A DNA stretch of 64,000 nucleotides from Oculina patagonica (Eukaryota), in contig NC_135758.1 in the NCBI RefSeq assembly GCF_052425735.1, positions 12,524,001 to 12,588,000 of the forward strand, in the 5' to 3' direction. Both the position numbers and the translations under genes were made by a program. This document shows, one piece after another, positions 24,165 to 38,068 of the stretch. Numbering within the stretch: position 1 is the first letter of the stretch; the number at the start of each line of letters is the position of its first letter. The notes beneath the pieces were generated by a model that saw only the letters and a program-made list of their open reading frames with translations, did not search any database and was not told the DNA's origin.

Positions 24165-25769
24165 AATAAATGGAATGTTAATCAGCCTTTCATCTTTTAC
24201 CAGCGTAAACCAAAATGAGAGTTCAGTTTACTCCCTTTTTGCCGGTAACTTTTCCCTTTATTGAAGGAAAGCTCTTTTAAGAGCTTACATGCATAAGAAG
24301 AGCAAAGAGGGCACCAAACAAATATATTTCGTTGCTGTTTTACTAGGAAAAAGATTGCTTTGTGTTTCCTCTCATTTTTTTTGTGGTGACAGCAATTCCT
24401 CAATGACAAATAATTACCCAGTGAAGAAACCTGAATTGTTAACTTTGCTTTGTGGAACTGATTATGTTTGTAGACTTTCCTTTCAAATTGATTATAATAA
24501 TAACACACTCAATATCAATATTATAATAATAAGGGACTCTTGATAAAAATTCCGGAAATAAGCCCTGGGTTTTGTAGGCCTTGTTTCCCCGAATTGTTTT
24601 CGGAGAGGCTTGTATCATCGAGGTCTTAGCAGGGATTACGGAAAGGAATTTTACTGATTTCAAAAATGTTTGGTTTGTATCGCGAAGGGATGTTAGGTGT
24701 AAGTCTGGTGTAAGTATGCGTACTGAGGAATACTAAATGGTAAAACTCTCTGACGAAAATTAGACGAAAATGAAACCTAAAGCAAGCTTTACATTCGTTC
24801 TTTGAACAAGATAATTAAAATATTTTAATGACTCGACTAAAGCCGACGGTGCTTTTTACAACCCGAAGAAAGTTAAATTCCGAGCCAGTTGCCTTATATT
24901 CGGCGGGGGAGGGGTGGGGCTAGTGTCGGAACGGGATTTTTGCGTCTGAAACTTGGGAGCTTGTTCGCTGGGGGTGGTGGGCACTTATATTTTGGGGAGG
25001 CTTATTGTTAAAATTTTATGGTTATGCGATATGATATGCGCATTACGTCGTTGCATCTCTTTCCCTATGCAATCTTGTTACCAGAGCCCACGGTATCCTT
25101 GCCCAGCATTTGGAAAACGAAGGACTCATTTCGCTGGATAAGGGTAGCACACAAGCTCATGCAAAACGACATTCCCAAAGTAGCCACAGGGTTATCTAAC
25201 AACTAAACTTGAAAGAACGCAAGAAAAAATAAATAAAGTAAAACACAGATTTATGACAATCAGGCTCTTTAATGATACATCTGTTCACTCATGACAACTT
25301 GATATCGATATAAAACTACTGTTAACTTGCAGGCTTAATTTTGTTCTATGCGGGTTCAGGGACGGTCGATTTAGTTACTCCGCGTCTTTAGCATCTCCAA
25401 GTTTTTTGGCGCATTCTCCAAACCTCACGAAACAGCACAGCTTCTCCTCGCAAGACTTGCTGGCCAACAAGCAACAAGGGATGATCGGCAGACATTTTTT
25501 CTAAACGAGACAACAAAAAATACGAAAAACGCTGGTTGTAAGGTAAATGTAGCCTTGAATTTTACATTATTAACATAAATTCCCAATAGATTTTGCAGGT
25601 GTTTTCGGTACTATCAATTGAAAATGTTTTCATCGAATAAAAGAAAACAGAATTCGATTTGGGTACTTCGTGACATACAATAAGCCTTGACCCTATTACT
25701 GTCGATTTGAATAGCAAACCCTCGCTTGCGAGAGCGTGAGTTAAACAATGAAACTATTGTATTAATGGA

Positions 25770-26008
25770 ACAACGAGGGTTGCACGCAACAGCCTTACGC
25801 CTGACAAAGCTGTGGCCCTCGGATTCGTGATCGAATTGGAATATAGAAGTGTTTGTTTTTGTTGTGGGAGAAAAACCGGACAACCCAGAGAAAAACCCCA
25901 TGAACAAGGGCGAGAACCAACAACAAACTCAACCCACATGACACCGAGTCCGAGATTTGAACCTCAGCTCAGCCACACTGGTGGTGGAGGAGTGCTCACC
26001 ACTGCACC
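25770..26008 (-). mobile_element. tRNA-derived SINE in A2 intron 2
   Basis: tRNA-like head followed by a SINE body (GTGGGTTGAGTTTGTTGTTGGTTCTC...). Confidence 0.75.
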
Positions 26009-26467
26009 ATTCTGGAATCTACTGTCAATGTCGTGCCAAAACTAAACCCTTGGAAATGAATATCTTGATTTTAGTAAACAAAAGTTATTATAAAGCACAG
26101 TACTCACCATATTGTCGGGCAGATGATGTAGACGCACACCAGCTCTCTTCAGGCATTTACCAGTTTTCTTGATACACTCCAAATGCTCACAAGCATCATC
26201 TCCAGCTTTCTTGTGGCAAACGACCGCCCTGACTATGCACGCTTTCTGTTGAAAAAATTACAAACATAGTCCTTGGCAACATTTCTTTTCCTTCACTGAC
26301 AAGCACTCCACAAATCGCATGCTTTTGCACTGCTCGTTAACTTTATCTTTTAATAGCTCATTTCAAAAATGGCGGGCCAGTAAAACTAAAGAGAAAAACA
26401 TCGATAACACAGCAAAACGCTATACTGAACTTTTGGCAATATGATTTTTTGAACTATACGCTTCTTA

Positions 26468-26752
26468 GCCATCCCCTTTTTCGTATCGTCGTATGTGGAT
26501 TTGGTCGGTCGGTGGAAAAAAAAAAAAAAAAAAAAAGTGGAAGGAGCGGAAAGGAGGCCCGCCAGATGTGTGGAGGAACAAGAAGACATGGTACAGTCAA
26601 ATGGCGGAATGGAGGAGGAAATCGACGTCGTGTACCAACAAGAACGCGAGGATGAACTAATAATGTGTTGCCCAACCTCGCAATTTTTTTTTTTGAAAAC
26701 GCGAAAATCTGGGTCGGCGGACGACGCAAACAGAGAAAAAAAGGGGATGGCC
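26468..26752. mobile_element. Harbinger-type MITE within a ~550-bp insertion in A2 intron 1
   Basis: TTA|GCCATCCCC...GGGGATGGCC|TTA; the region is absent from A1. Confidence 0.65.
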
Positions 26753-28767
26753 TTATCTCTATTTATTGCTTTTCTCTCTTTATCTTCCAACAACTTCGAT
26801 CTTTTCTTTTGTCGGCAAAAAGGAAATGTGTGAGAAATCAAATTTAGGAGTTCCACACTATGTTAATGTTTTTAGTTAAATAGTAATGGGAGTTTTTTCT
26901 TTCTCTAAAATCGTGATTAGCAGAAATGACTAACATGTATGTATGAACTATACTTTACGTACTGACTAAGCATTCTTTTGCGCGTTTGTTTACTTGTTAC
27001 CATAGTTTTCCAAGGTGAAAAATATCCGTAATACCTTAAATTTCGTTTTTTAGATTGCTGGATATGTCTTTAAGGCATTAATGTGGCAGCTTTATCAGAA
27101 GCTTAACTGCATGAAAATATGTGAGGTACTTGTGATGATATTAGGTGGATCCGGGGAAGGAAAGAATGGAAATAGGGGAAAATTTGGGTTGGGGGCCCAT
27201 TTTAAAATACTTTTTCTTTTGTTCAAATATATGATTACTTACGACTCTTGGTGGAATTCCAGTGGGAAAACCGCTTGGGCGAAAACTTGGTCGGGGAAGC
27301 TTGGTCGAGCGCTTGGGCCGACGAGGCCGCGGACCTTCCTAGCCATTTCCTCATCTTCCATCTCGAGATAATGCAAGATGGCTTGGGGATGATATTCCAT
27401 CTCCGCTCGGGCATACACGGCCACTGCCGCGAGAAACAGCAAAGCTAATATTGCCTTCATGTTGACGCGTCTTATCTGTGCTTTGGAAAACACGATGTGA
27501 AAAGCGATACGCGCGCTCGTTTATATAGAGCATAGGGCACGCTGGGGTGCTTGTTTCGCTTCCCTCGTGACAAGCTTTCAGGACAAAAGCGCTCCAGGCT
27601 TATTTAAACAGCTTTTAGACTAATTTTTCCCACTTTAGGGCTGTTTATCGAGCAACCGATAATAGATTAAACCCTTTTAAGATGTTTAAATTACAATGTC
27701 AACATGTTATAGCCCCAAAATAATCTTTTGTCCCTATCGCACGTTTTGTTTACATAGCTTTGTGCGAATTTGTGTTCTGTGGCTTGTGTAATTATCGTTT
27801 TCCGAAGAAATTAAAAACAATTCCTTAACAAGTCATGCTTTGGGCAAAAAAAGAGAAATTTAATTACTCACTTAAACACCAGAGAATCTGTTTTTCATGT
27901 TGAGCACAACGATTTCTCCAGGCTCTCTTGAAAATAAAAATGGAAACAAGAATCTAAAGGAGATGTTTTTTTTGCACTGATCTTAATGGAAAACTCTAAG
28001 TTGTCAAAACCGGCGTTTTACTAAACATCATTGGATCATTTAAGGATAGACTTCAGAGGTTTTGACTAATGCAATATCAACTTTAAAATTCAGAAAGCTA
28101 TATCAAATTTATAAATGAACTTTGGCGTAAAATAAATGTACAGTTTAGGTGTGTTCCAGAGTTATAATTTTGCGCAGTTCATTCCTCACGGGGAAAAGGT
28201 TAATTCCTCACGCAAAATTATACAAACAGAGAGAGAATAGATTATAATTTCTACCCAAGATCTTAACTGACACAGAGCAAAGTTAGAAACTATTATTCGT
28301 TGAAAAGATCACGCTCCGATTATAAAGTATTAGCTATGAAGAAAAAAAAAGGCTGTCATGTTTTTTCATTAGCTTCAAGGTAATAATGTACATCGTGGGC
28401 AACTCTGTCATCAGTTCCCGGATACGCTCATGATCAATTGCAATCTTTTTTGTAATATAAAAGATAATATTATGTAAAGGTGACTTGATATATACTGGAA
28501 AGTAGAGAATTAACTATAATGCAATTTTAAGTGTTGGAAAATAACCCGGGATTTCCTTTTGAGCTCCTTTTGAGCGTTAGCCCTAGAAAGGAAATCGGGC
28601 ACCACACAAGGCAAATAAACGTTCTTTGACCTTGGTAGGAAATGTAGTACAGTGGATCACCAAGAAGTTAAGAGAAGACAAAGGTCGCGAGCTTCGATCT
28701 TGATACTACTGCGTCTAGCCCAAGAGGCTGCCGAGAGGGGAGTCACTCTGATCGTTTAGATGAGCTA

Positions 28768-29193
28768 CACTTTTTTCTAGAAGAATATATTTTCCAAGAA
28801 TACCGAGGCTGAAATTTGCGAAACTTTTTTAAGAAGAAACCAGAGGCTGAGATTTTGAAAATAATATATTTTTTTGTGTTAAAAATTTGTAAATACAATA
28901 CAATTTAATATATATGCTTTCAACCAAACCGTATAAAATTCTTTCTTTCTCTAAGTGGCAAAACTAGCCAAAAAGAAAACAAACGCAGCACTAGCCGTAT
29001 GGTTGATGCTATTTCTGCAAATAGTTACACACCAAACTCTTGTATTTGATACCCCAATACATCATTCTAAAACGGAACTGTCGTACGCTATATTCTAAGA
29101 ATATATACAAGAATTTTAGCCTAAAATCGGCAGAAAAAAAAAGAATATTCAGCCTGGGCCGGATAAGCAATATTCTTATAGAACAAAAGAGTG
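28768..29193. mobile_element. CACT-ended TIR element (EnSpm/CACTA-like MITE)
   Basis: TA|CACT...AGTG|TA; empty site 'agctatctagg' in unit 1 at ~2546. Confidence 0.7.
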
Positions 29194-29393
29194 TATCTAG
29201 GTCTTTGCGGCGCCGAAGGATATGATTTTTTTTTTATCAAAATAGGTATAGTTTTTTCGGCGTGCTCTCTAGACTTGAATTGGCACGTGGCGTGATTAGC
29301 ATCTGGAATTATGAAGCCTTTCTCAAATGGAATATCAATTGCTGGGATGTTGAGATTATGTATTAGTTGTACCTTGGTGGTCGAAATGGGGTA

Positions 29394-29726
29394 AGATAAG
29401 ATAAGATAAGATAAAATTTTATTGAACACTCCTAAAGAGGTTTTTCAGTGAACAATACATGAAGTTGAATAAAATGTAAAATTTAAAATGTGTACCCTAG
29501 TTATATATTATAAAACATAAAAAGAAATAGAAAGGAAAATGCAAGAAATAAGAAAAAAAAATTAATTTAAAAACTCGCTGAGAAGCTTTGTCTTCAGAGT
29601 TTTCTTAAAAATTGTATGACTCTTGCATAGTTTTAAGTCTTTGTCTAAAGAGTTCCATAGCTTTACTATTCTGTAATAAAATGACTTCTGGCCAGCAGTG
29701 GTTTTGCACAGGGGAATATTCAGTTG
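29394..29726 (-). mobile_element. 5'-truncated CR1/L2-type LINE
   Basis: ORF2 C-terminus LNIPLCKTTAGQKSFYYRIVKLWNSL...*, (TCTTA)n tail and TSD TGGGGTA; absent from unit 1. Confidence 0.85.
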
Positions 29727-32700
29727 TGGGGTATACATTTTGGGTATGAAATTGGGTAAATATGACAAATAAATTATTTTTTGGTCTGAAATGTAGTAAG
29801 GATTTGAAAAAGCGGGCCGAACAACCCGCTTAACATTTCGACGAAAACAGTGCTTCGTGATTTTATTAGTAAAAATAAATGTGTTGTGTAACTGAGACTA
29901 AAATGTGTAAAGTAAAGGGTGGTGCAGACATTGCATATTGACGGCACAACTTTTTAAAATTCCTGTACTAGTGTTTTTCCTACCTCACTTCCCTGTATGT
30001 TATTAGTCTTGTTTTTTTGTTACTTTTATACTTCACTTTTATTTTGGAAAGAAAATAAAGACAGGATTTGGACGTTCTCGATTGGTGGCAGTTTTACTAG
30101 GAAATGTAGCAGTAGTGAATAAAAAACGAACATATATTCTGAAAATTCATTTTTTAGAGTTTAATTTTTTAAACTTAACACTTCATATCTGGCACAGTTC
30201 ATTGTCAACCTGTCGTTGTTAAGGTACTTCAAATCTCGGGTTTAATTAATTTTTTCAAGTCCCCTACGTGACTAAAAATGACATTAACTTATCACCAATA
30301 TATTTTAAACAAATGTTTGCTTATTCTCTTTTTTGCAAAACCCAACACAGCTGCAACTTTGTAAAAAGTAATCTGCAAGTTTCAACATAACAAATTTCCT
30401 TGACAGTGGTAATCGTAAAAATTAGCTTTACAAAACAGCGAAAGCGATGGTGCTCTCTGTTGCCTCGTTACTGATTTTGTCTTGGGTTTTTAAAAATGTC
30501 TACGTAACTTGAACAAAAAGGTTTTCTTTCCTTTTTTCTTTATTTTTCGGAACATCTATGTAAACTCCATTGTCCCGCACTGCCTATTGTACTTTGCTAC
30601 ACGTTAGAATAAATGTGTTGTGGAAATGATGTGTAAACTAAGAAATTATTCACAACAACAACAAAAGACAGTACAGCGCTTTTTTTGTTTTAGGGGTATT
30701 TTTCTTTCCTTTTGGAATTTCCTCATGCACTTGCCTGCATATAATGCGCTTTTTAATCTACAAAGAAGTAAAAATATATATTTTGCTTATGTAGATCGAT
30801 TTTAATTTTTACTTCAAACTTTATCCGGTTAATTTATTTTTGACAAAGGGAACATGCCTGAGCGCATTGGATGCATGGGTGAGAGTAAAACAAATCAGGA
30901 GCCCCTAAACCAATAAGTGAAAAAGTCAAAATCCTAAGTTCGAAAATTAAGCACGTGTTTGGTGTGGTGTAATTTAAGGCCCAAGGCAAATAAAACTTAT
31001 GATATCTTAAACGCGAAAATGTTACCATGGAATACAACCTTGTAGTTACGAAAATATTTCACAGCTAGTCAAAGTTTTATTTCCCACTTTTTTGTGTTTA
31101 TTTAACTTTTTGTAACCAAGATTACATGTACATAGGGAAACAAAGGACCCTGTTGAAACGAACAACGGCGTGGTTAAAAATGTTCACTTTTCGAGAGTTT
31201 TATTTGTCCCCAGTCAGGCATCTAAGCTTTTTTCAAACTAAGCTGATCAAATTATAATAACTCTTTTTATCGCCTCAAAGAAAGCAAATATCTTAAATAA
31301 ATACCTGACATCTAAATCTTCGCTAATGTCCTTTGATTTAACCAACTCATTTAGGGAGTCGACAAAACGCATATTTTGTCCCTGACAACGAATCTGACCA
31401 CAACCCTATTTTATTCGCGAAATTTTTAGAAACTGCTGAACAAATTGTAGCTTATGAGCATCACCTAAGGGTGCCAAGTTTAGGGTCAATGTGGCAACTG
31501 TTATAATGAAGTGTTGCTATCATAATTTGTCTGTTAACATATACATGAAATATTTACATTGTATTTTTTTGTCAAGCCATCGTGCCGCAAGCTAGCTCAG
31601 CACAAAGCCTACCTGTTTGTTTGCAAGTAGTTAATAACACAAAAGTTTATCCCTTGCCATCTCTTTAACAGCTGCTTAAAGTTGTAATCTTTTTCGGCGT
31701 TGTGCTTGAAAAGCATGATAAATATTTTGCGGAATAAAAACAACACTCTTCAAGGAAACAAAAAACCTCTCGAAACAAAGAACCGCGCAGTTTAAATTTT
31801 CAGCCTTTTGAGAGTTTATTAATTTGTCCCAAAACTAGGCTGAACAAATATCAGGTCACTTGAAAAATAAAAAATGTCACGTAGAAAAAAATGGCAGGGG
31901 GATTGGGAGATAAGTTGAAAAATACTTACTAGAAAGTTAACTAACGGAGTTGAGAATTACTCGTTTCCACTGCAATAATTTTACTCATTTGATCTTGATC
32001 AACAGTTGCACCATATATTGGTCTTTTCTCCTTTTATCAATTCGCTTGTATTTAGGTAGAAAAGGAAAGATGTAAGACACCATAGCTTGGAAGTAATTTA
32101 ACGGAAATGTAACAGTAACGGACCAAAACAGAATATTTCTGTAAAAAAATTAACTTAGTTCCCTAAACATCAAACTTCATATCCCTCTTAAATTATTACC
32201 AACCTGAAGTTAAAGCACTTCAAATCTCGACTTAATAAATTCTTCAAAGGATTAAAACTAATTTCAACTAGTCACCGAAATATTTCCAAGGTATTTGTTC
32301 ACTCTTTGTTGTGCAAAACCGCCAACACAGCTGCACTTTGCATAAAAGTTATCTGCAAGTTTCATCATTACCAATTTCCCTAACAGTGGAAACATAAAAG
32401 CTTTTACAAAACAGCTTCGTCAACAGGTTTTTCATTTCGCAAGGTTCTTTGTTATTCTATTTGGCAGTGAAAGAGTATGCAAATCTCAGTGCCCGTTTTA
32501 CTCCTTCAGGTCCATCAATAAGAGCTCCTCGTTTCGAAAGTGTTTTTTTTCTCTTGTTGTATTTGTTTAACATCTGTGCAAATTCCATTGTCCCGCGCTC
32601 CCTTTTGTACTTTGCTGCACACTTAACTTCAATAAAAGCTGTCTAAATAGCAATTTGGGGCTTCCTTTTGTTTTCTGCTAAACAGCAAAATTAAGTCAGG

Positions 32701-32774
32701 ACTTCTCGATTATATATAAGGGGCACACCTTCTCTTTAAGTTACAGTGTCGATTGCACACATCTTGAAGCCAAA

Positions 32775-34595
32775 ATGAAGACTCTCGCCGTTCTCTTTTT
32801 CCTCAGCGCCTTTGCAGCGTATGTGACCGCCAATGAAATGGCGTTTCACAGGGCTGTCTTTGATTTCTTGGACGAGAGACACGATGAAAGTATGGCCCAG
32901 GTTCTGAGAGACAATGGCTTGCCAGAAGATACTTTAGTAGCTGATGATCATCCCGCACCACCAGACTGGATCGTAAGTTGTTAAACTTATTTCATTTTTA
33001 ATATTTCTCTTCTTGTTTAAAGCGCATTTCCTGAGCTTTGCTTATAATTTGCTAGCCTAATGATTGCTTTATGACCGCTCAGTTCTGTGGCATGTTGTGA
33101 CCAATTACAGCCAAACTTTTCTCTCCTCGGCCAATCAAGTGAACTTGAATAAACTCTCGCCCTTTTTTTCTTTCGTATGTTTTTTTAATAACACTTGTTT
33201 GCCCAAATTGTTGCCCAAACAGAGCAAAAGTAAGAACAAATTATTTTTAATTTTTATGAGCTTTTTGTCCGCGTTGGCTTAATTTAAAAGCACACTGACT
33301 TTAACAATATTTCCGTCGCTGTAACGTGCTGGTTTGTTTTGTCTGCTTAGTACGACATCAAAACTATTCCTCGAATATAAACAGCCTGATGATGCTATAA
33401 TAACATTGAAAATCGTGCTTTTTTTGGTTACGTATTGTCGCCAGACTGAAGTTGTCGAACTGTTAGTTTCCCTCAGTCTCAAACTTATTTCCAAAGGTGA
33501 ATAGCGCAAATAAATTCTTGGTCTATTATTGTCTTAATAACTAAATGCACAACATGAAACAAAAAGCCCTTATTCATCCTATAAATTAGATATGCTTAAA
33601 CTAATTCTCTTGACCTCTATGAACATATTTTTTCTCACAGAAACCTTGCATCGTTAAAGGAAAAATATGCTGGAAGCTGTCTGGTCATGATGCCTGTAAA
33701 AAGCTAGCGTGCATTGATAACTTCTTCAAGTGCGTTGTTTCAAACCACCCCACTCCACTCCCTTCACTCTCCCCTATACAGGTACGCACATAACGTAACG
33801 GAACTTAACGTAACGTAATATAGCTGCAAACATGGTCGGAAATTTTGATTCGTGTTTCGTCCCGTGGGTTTACTTCCTGTAATGGACTGTATGACAAGGT
33901 ATCCCTTTCAGGCTGGAGGTATCCAAAGGGTAGGCGGGACTTCAAACATCTCAAACACACACGCATCTTACGGTAAAATCATTTAACATTTTTTAGGGTC
34001 TACTCAAATGCAAGGTTAAGAAAAGGGATGCAGTATTTGTAGTGTAGGTATATGAGGTCTGCGTTTGAGCTTAGTGGCCCGCCTGAGCTTATCCCAATTT
34101 TAGTAGCATGAAGCCACGTGGAGTATTTCTTCCTCCATCTGGATGGGGTCCTAGTGCATCGCAGGGTGAACGTTCGCCAGTACCCATTTATAAACCTGGT
34201 GGAAAGAGGCACAGAGGGAGAGTAAAGTGTCTTGCCCAAGAACACAACACAATGACCCCAGCCAGTGATCAAATCCAGACCGTTCGACCCGGAGTCCGGC
34301 GCAGTAACCATTAGGGGTACTATTTTCTATGGGAAGTATATATGAAGTGTTTTCTTTTCTGTTAAAAATGGTGTATAAAAGGGTAAGGGTTTACATGCGC
34401 CTGAAACTTTGTTGAGTACTAATTTATTTATGAAAGTAATTTGATTGCCTGTTGGATTTTTTCCTCTTGCAGAAAGGCTGTGTGGCATTGCTTTATCTGT
34501 GCAGGAAGCATAGTCCTTCATGTGCCGGTGAATTGTGCTGCTTCGTTCGTATCAAGAGATGCTTTGCTTTCGCAAAGGGATCTGGAGACCAGTGA
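32775..34595 (+). CDS. Secreted cysteine-rich protein B2 (3 exons, 153 aa)
   Basis: Exons 32775-32972, 33641-33781 and 34473-34595. It differs from B1 at 3 aa, all in exon 1. Confidence 0.9.
34052..34313 (-). mobile_element. tRNA-derived SINE in B2 intron 2
   Basis: Same position and sequence as the SINE at 9052-9345. Confidence 0.75.
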
Positions 34596-35914
34596 TTCCT
34601 CGGAAAACTGTTACACTGTTCCCATGGCAACAAATAGGACGATATCGAATATGCAATTAGGCTCGAGTTATTTTAATATCATATATATTCAGATGTATTT
34701 TTGCAGGCAATTAATCAATAAAAAGATAATGCATGACGGGTTTTAGTGAGTTTATTACTGCGTTGCTGTATTGAAGTTTGCGTTTCACGGAATAATCGGG
34801 CTTATCTTTTTATTGAATTTTTCAGAAAGTTTCTGAAATATTGCAATACCGTATTTATTCGATTAAACGCCGCGGCGTATTTTTCGTCATTCGAGTGCGG
34901 CAATTATTCAAGGGGGCGGCAGGCGTTAATTTAAAATTTAATTTATTTCTTGCTCACAATAGTACCGTATTTATTCGATTAAACACCTCCCTCAAATAAA
35001 CGCCGTACATAGGGCAGAAACATTGATAAACGCCGCCCTCAAATAAACGCCGCATTATGATGTGGTGCTTATAACAATAATAAAGTCAAAAAGCAAATGC
35101 AGTAATAATCAAGTTTGAGCAAGCCTCGAAAATATTTTCCTTGATTGTAACAATGTTTTACGATATTGAAAATATCTTTCAGACAAGCTATAAAAATGTT
35201 CAAATGTTCAGTTACCATACTATCAATTACCAGACAACCATTACACTGTAATGTTACAGGAGGGGGCATGGGGAGATGGAGTCATTAATCATTTTTTTCT
35301 CAAACCAGCCCAATAGAAAGCAACCTAAATTAAACCGTCCATCAAGTTTTCTACAGTTTCCATTTTGTAAAAAAATGTCTTACTAAACAGCCCTAAAACA
35401 TTAAAAAGACCACTTTATTTTCTTCCGGACCTAACTTATTCATGGTTTGAAATAAGCTCTCTTCTCTAATAACGCAAGCTCTCCCTCAAAGGTCTTCAGG
35501 GGAGAGGGTGTCTTAAGGCGGGGGAAAATTGAATTTTAGTGAAAATTAGGAGGAAGGAAAGAAAGGAGAAGAAATTCTTTGAAACACCACCAGACAGGAC
35601 CCCCACGCAAGGGCACTCCAAGTTGTTTCGCAAAACACCGCAAAACATAGATTTGTGAAATGAGCAGAGAGATTTTGGATTGCTTGAAACGCTTACGAGA
35701 TATTCGCATTAAACCCTCATTAAACATGTTAAACGGTGGAAAAACAGTTTTTACGCAAATTTGAATGAATTTCAACGATTTTTTTTTCTCCCAGTAAATT
35801 CACTTTTTTATTCAAAAACCAGCGCATGATAATGTTGTTTGCCTTGTTGTTTGATTTGGGTTGTATTCATATAGCGAGAAAGATTCAGGCGAGCGAAAGG
35901 AAAACCAAACAAAA

Positions 35915-36144
35915 ACTTCAACACAAAGGATTCGATTGCACAAACAAAGGGATCTTTTTTATTTAAAATTCAAAGCTCGCTTCTTTTGATGGAAGTCAAA
36001 ACAAAAGATTCAGTTTCGTCGCATCTACCACAGGTATCGAAGTTTACTCTGATACGTTTCAATTTAAGCCTTGAAGGAAAATTAAAAACTCGAAAATAGA
36101 AGCAAATCAAGTTTTCCACAAGGTCTCAAGCTATCGCAAGCAAG
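35915..36144 (+). other. Putative 5' non-coding exon of ZF2 (start approximate)
   Basis: Homologous to the ZF1 and ZF4 upstream exons; donor AAG|GTAAGC. Confidence 0.6.
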
Positions 36145-38068
36145 GTAAGCCCGTTTAACAGTTAGAATATAGTAATCATGTAGAATTTTGGTTATGAGAA
36201 AATACGCTTGGAAGACATTTTTGATCAATTATCGCCGGACTGACATCGTATTCTATGAAGTGCTGAATGTAATATGAATGATCGGCGATATACAAACAGT
36301 ATATATATAAACAGTATAAAGGCTTTATAGAATGAAAGATTTGTGTCTAGCAAACGGTGTCATCCACATAAGACTGGAAAGTACTAAAACTCACTCTCTT
36401 TCGCTCGCCGGTACCTGGCCACGGTACCTGGCCAAACGAATTTGCGTTCGCTTTCATCGAGTTCAAATTCGCCGACGCCACACTCAACGCACAGTTTTCG
36501 CTTTTCGACCACGGAACGGAATTCGAATTCAGCGTAAGACTGTGGGTTTGTTGCCTATTACTTTTACGTCTGTGTTTCACGTTTCTGTTTTGTTTTGAAT
36601 ATTTTTCCGATGGAAATATACTGAAACGCCAATTGATCTTAGTCGGGGACTGAAACATGGTAAACTTTGCCATTCACTGCTCAGTGCTAAACACGTATTA
36701 AATTGGACTTTCTCCGCTACATTTTTATATTTTTCCACGTTAGCGATCACTCACTCTTAAAATTTCTCATTCTCCTTCTCTTGTGGCCTGTTTACATTTC
36801 CAGGTAATTTGCATACAGTTTCACAAAGACAGTTTTATGAAAACACAGCTGACACCAAGGCAGTCAAGGTGGCAAAGTGGGAGCGACGTTATTTTCCTGT
36901 ATGCATTCCGTTCACTTTCAAGGGACGTATATATGTGAAAATTGCAACGCTACAAGCAAAATAAAACCCACATTTCTAAATTCTAATTCAACCCGGATAG
37001 AGAACCTGCATGCCTTTCTCTCAAAATATCGTAATTCATTGTTTTCCTGACAAAAACCCAAAACCAAGATCCAACAATGTCGAGTGGCCAAATTTTACAA
37101 TATCCGGCAACTAATTCTCCTCCTTTTGATGAGAATATAATTCTTATTGCTCCATGCCTCGTTCTTCAAAACGCTTTGGTTAATTCTTCGGGAGTTACCG
37201 GTTTTTCTACATTAGGTCCTCAAGATTAGTTGAAATGCGTTAAATAGTTGATACCAAATAAGTTAGGCAAACTTGCAATCCGACTTGCTAGCCAAAGGTG
37301 TTCAAGTTAATAATTACATAGGCGGCAAACTTGAGGTTTCTATTTCTTACGAGCCGAGACGGGAAGGGGGGGCGAAGCCCCAGAAGCGGAGGAGAGGAGC
37401 GCAGGGAACCCACTGACTGACAAACTCAGAAATCGCAGAATGAATGAAGGTGAAAAAACAGCGAAGACAGCGCGCGCTCCGAGAGCCCACGGATGAAGAG
37501 GCACCGGAGCCAATCAGATTGCGCGAACCAAAGTAGGAGGTGGATGCAATGGCTGATAGCTGACGAGAGACGAAGCCCCGAGCCACCTTTCAAGTCGATA
37601 GAATCCGAGAGCGATCGCAGCCATTCGGTATGTTCAATGCAAAAGAGGTTCCACAGCACAGACAAAGCATCCACTGCTGGTTTTTTGCTTGTCACATGAG
37701 AAAAATATCCACCAAAGTATGAGTAGTGTTATGAGTAATTTTGCTAATTTGTTTTTGTTGAATTAAGATTTCCAAGCGTTTTCTGTTTCGCTCTTGGCAA
37801 TTGTAAAGTTAGCATTATTTTTCAAAAAAATGCAGATTTTCCATGGTGGGGGGTATGAATTTGCATGTATGGGATTGGCCGAGGATTAAGATAACAAGAA
37901 AGTTGTTTTGGGGGGTACGAAGGCCGGACTCTAGGTCTACGCGCTTTTTCTCATTTTGGAAAATAATCTTTGAAAGAAATTACAAGCAAGGGAGATTGGC
38001 AATTTGAACTTGGAATATTGGTGGTTGAAACTTATGGGAAACCAAAATACCTGACATTTATTATTTAA

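Larger units (their letters stand above)
25375..27460 (-). pseudogene. Secreted cysteine-rich protein A2, frameshifted in exon 1 (pseudogene or assembly error)
   Basis: Exon 27460-27243 is 218 nt versus 216 in A1, with +2 in the G run at 27293-27296. Exon 26245-26108 encodes the same peptide as A1 exon 2. Exon 25500-25375 encodes KKCLPIIPCCLLASKSCEEKLCCFVRFGECAKKLGDAKDAE*. Confidence 0.8.
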
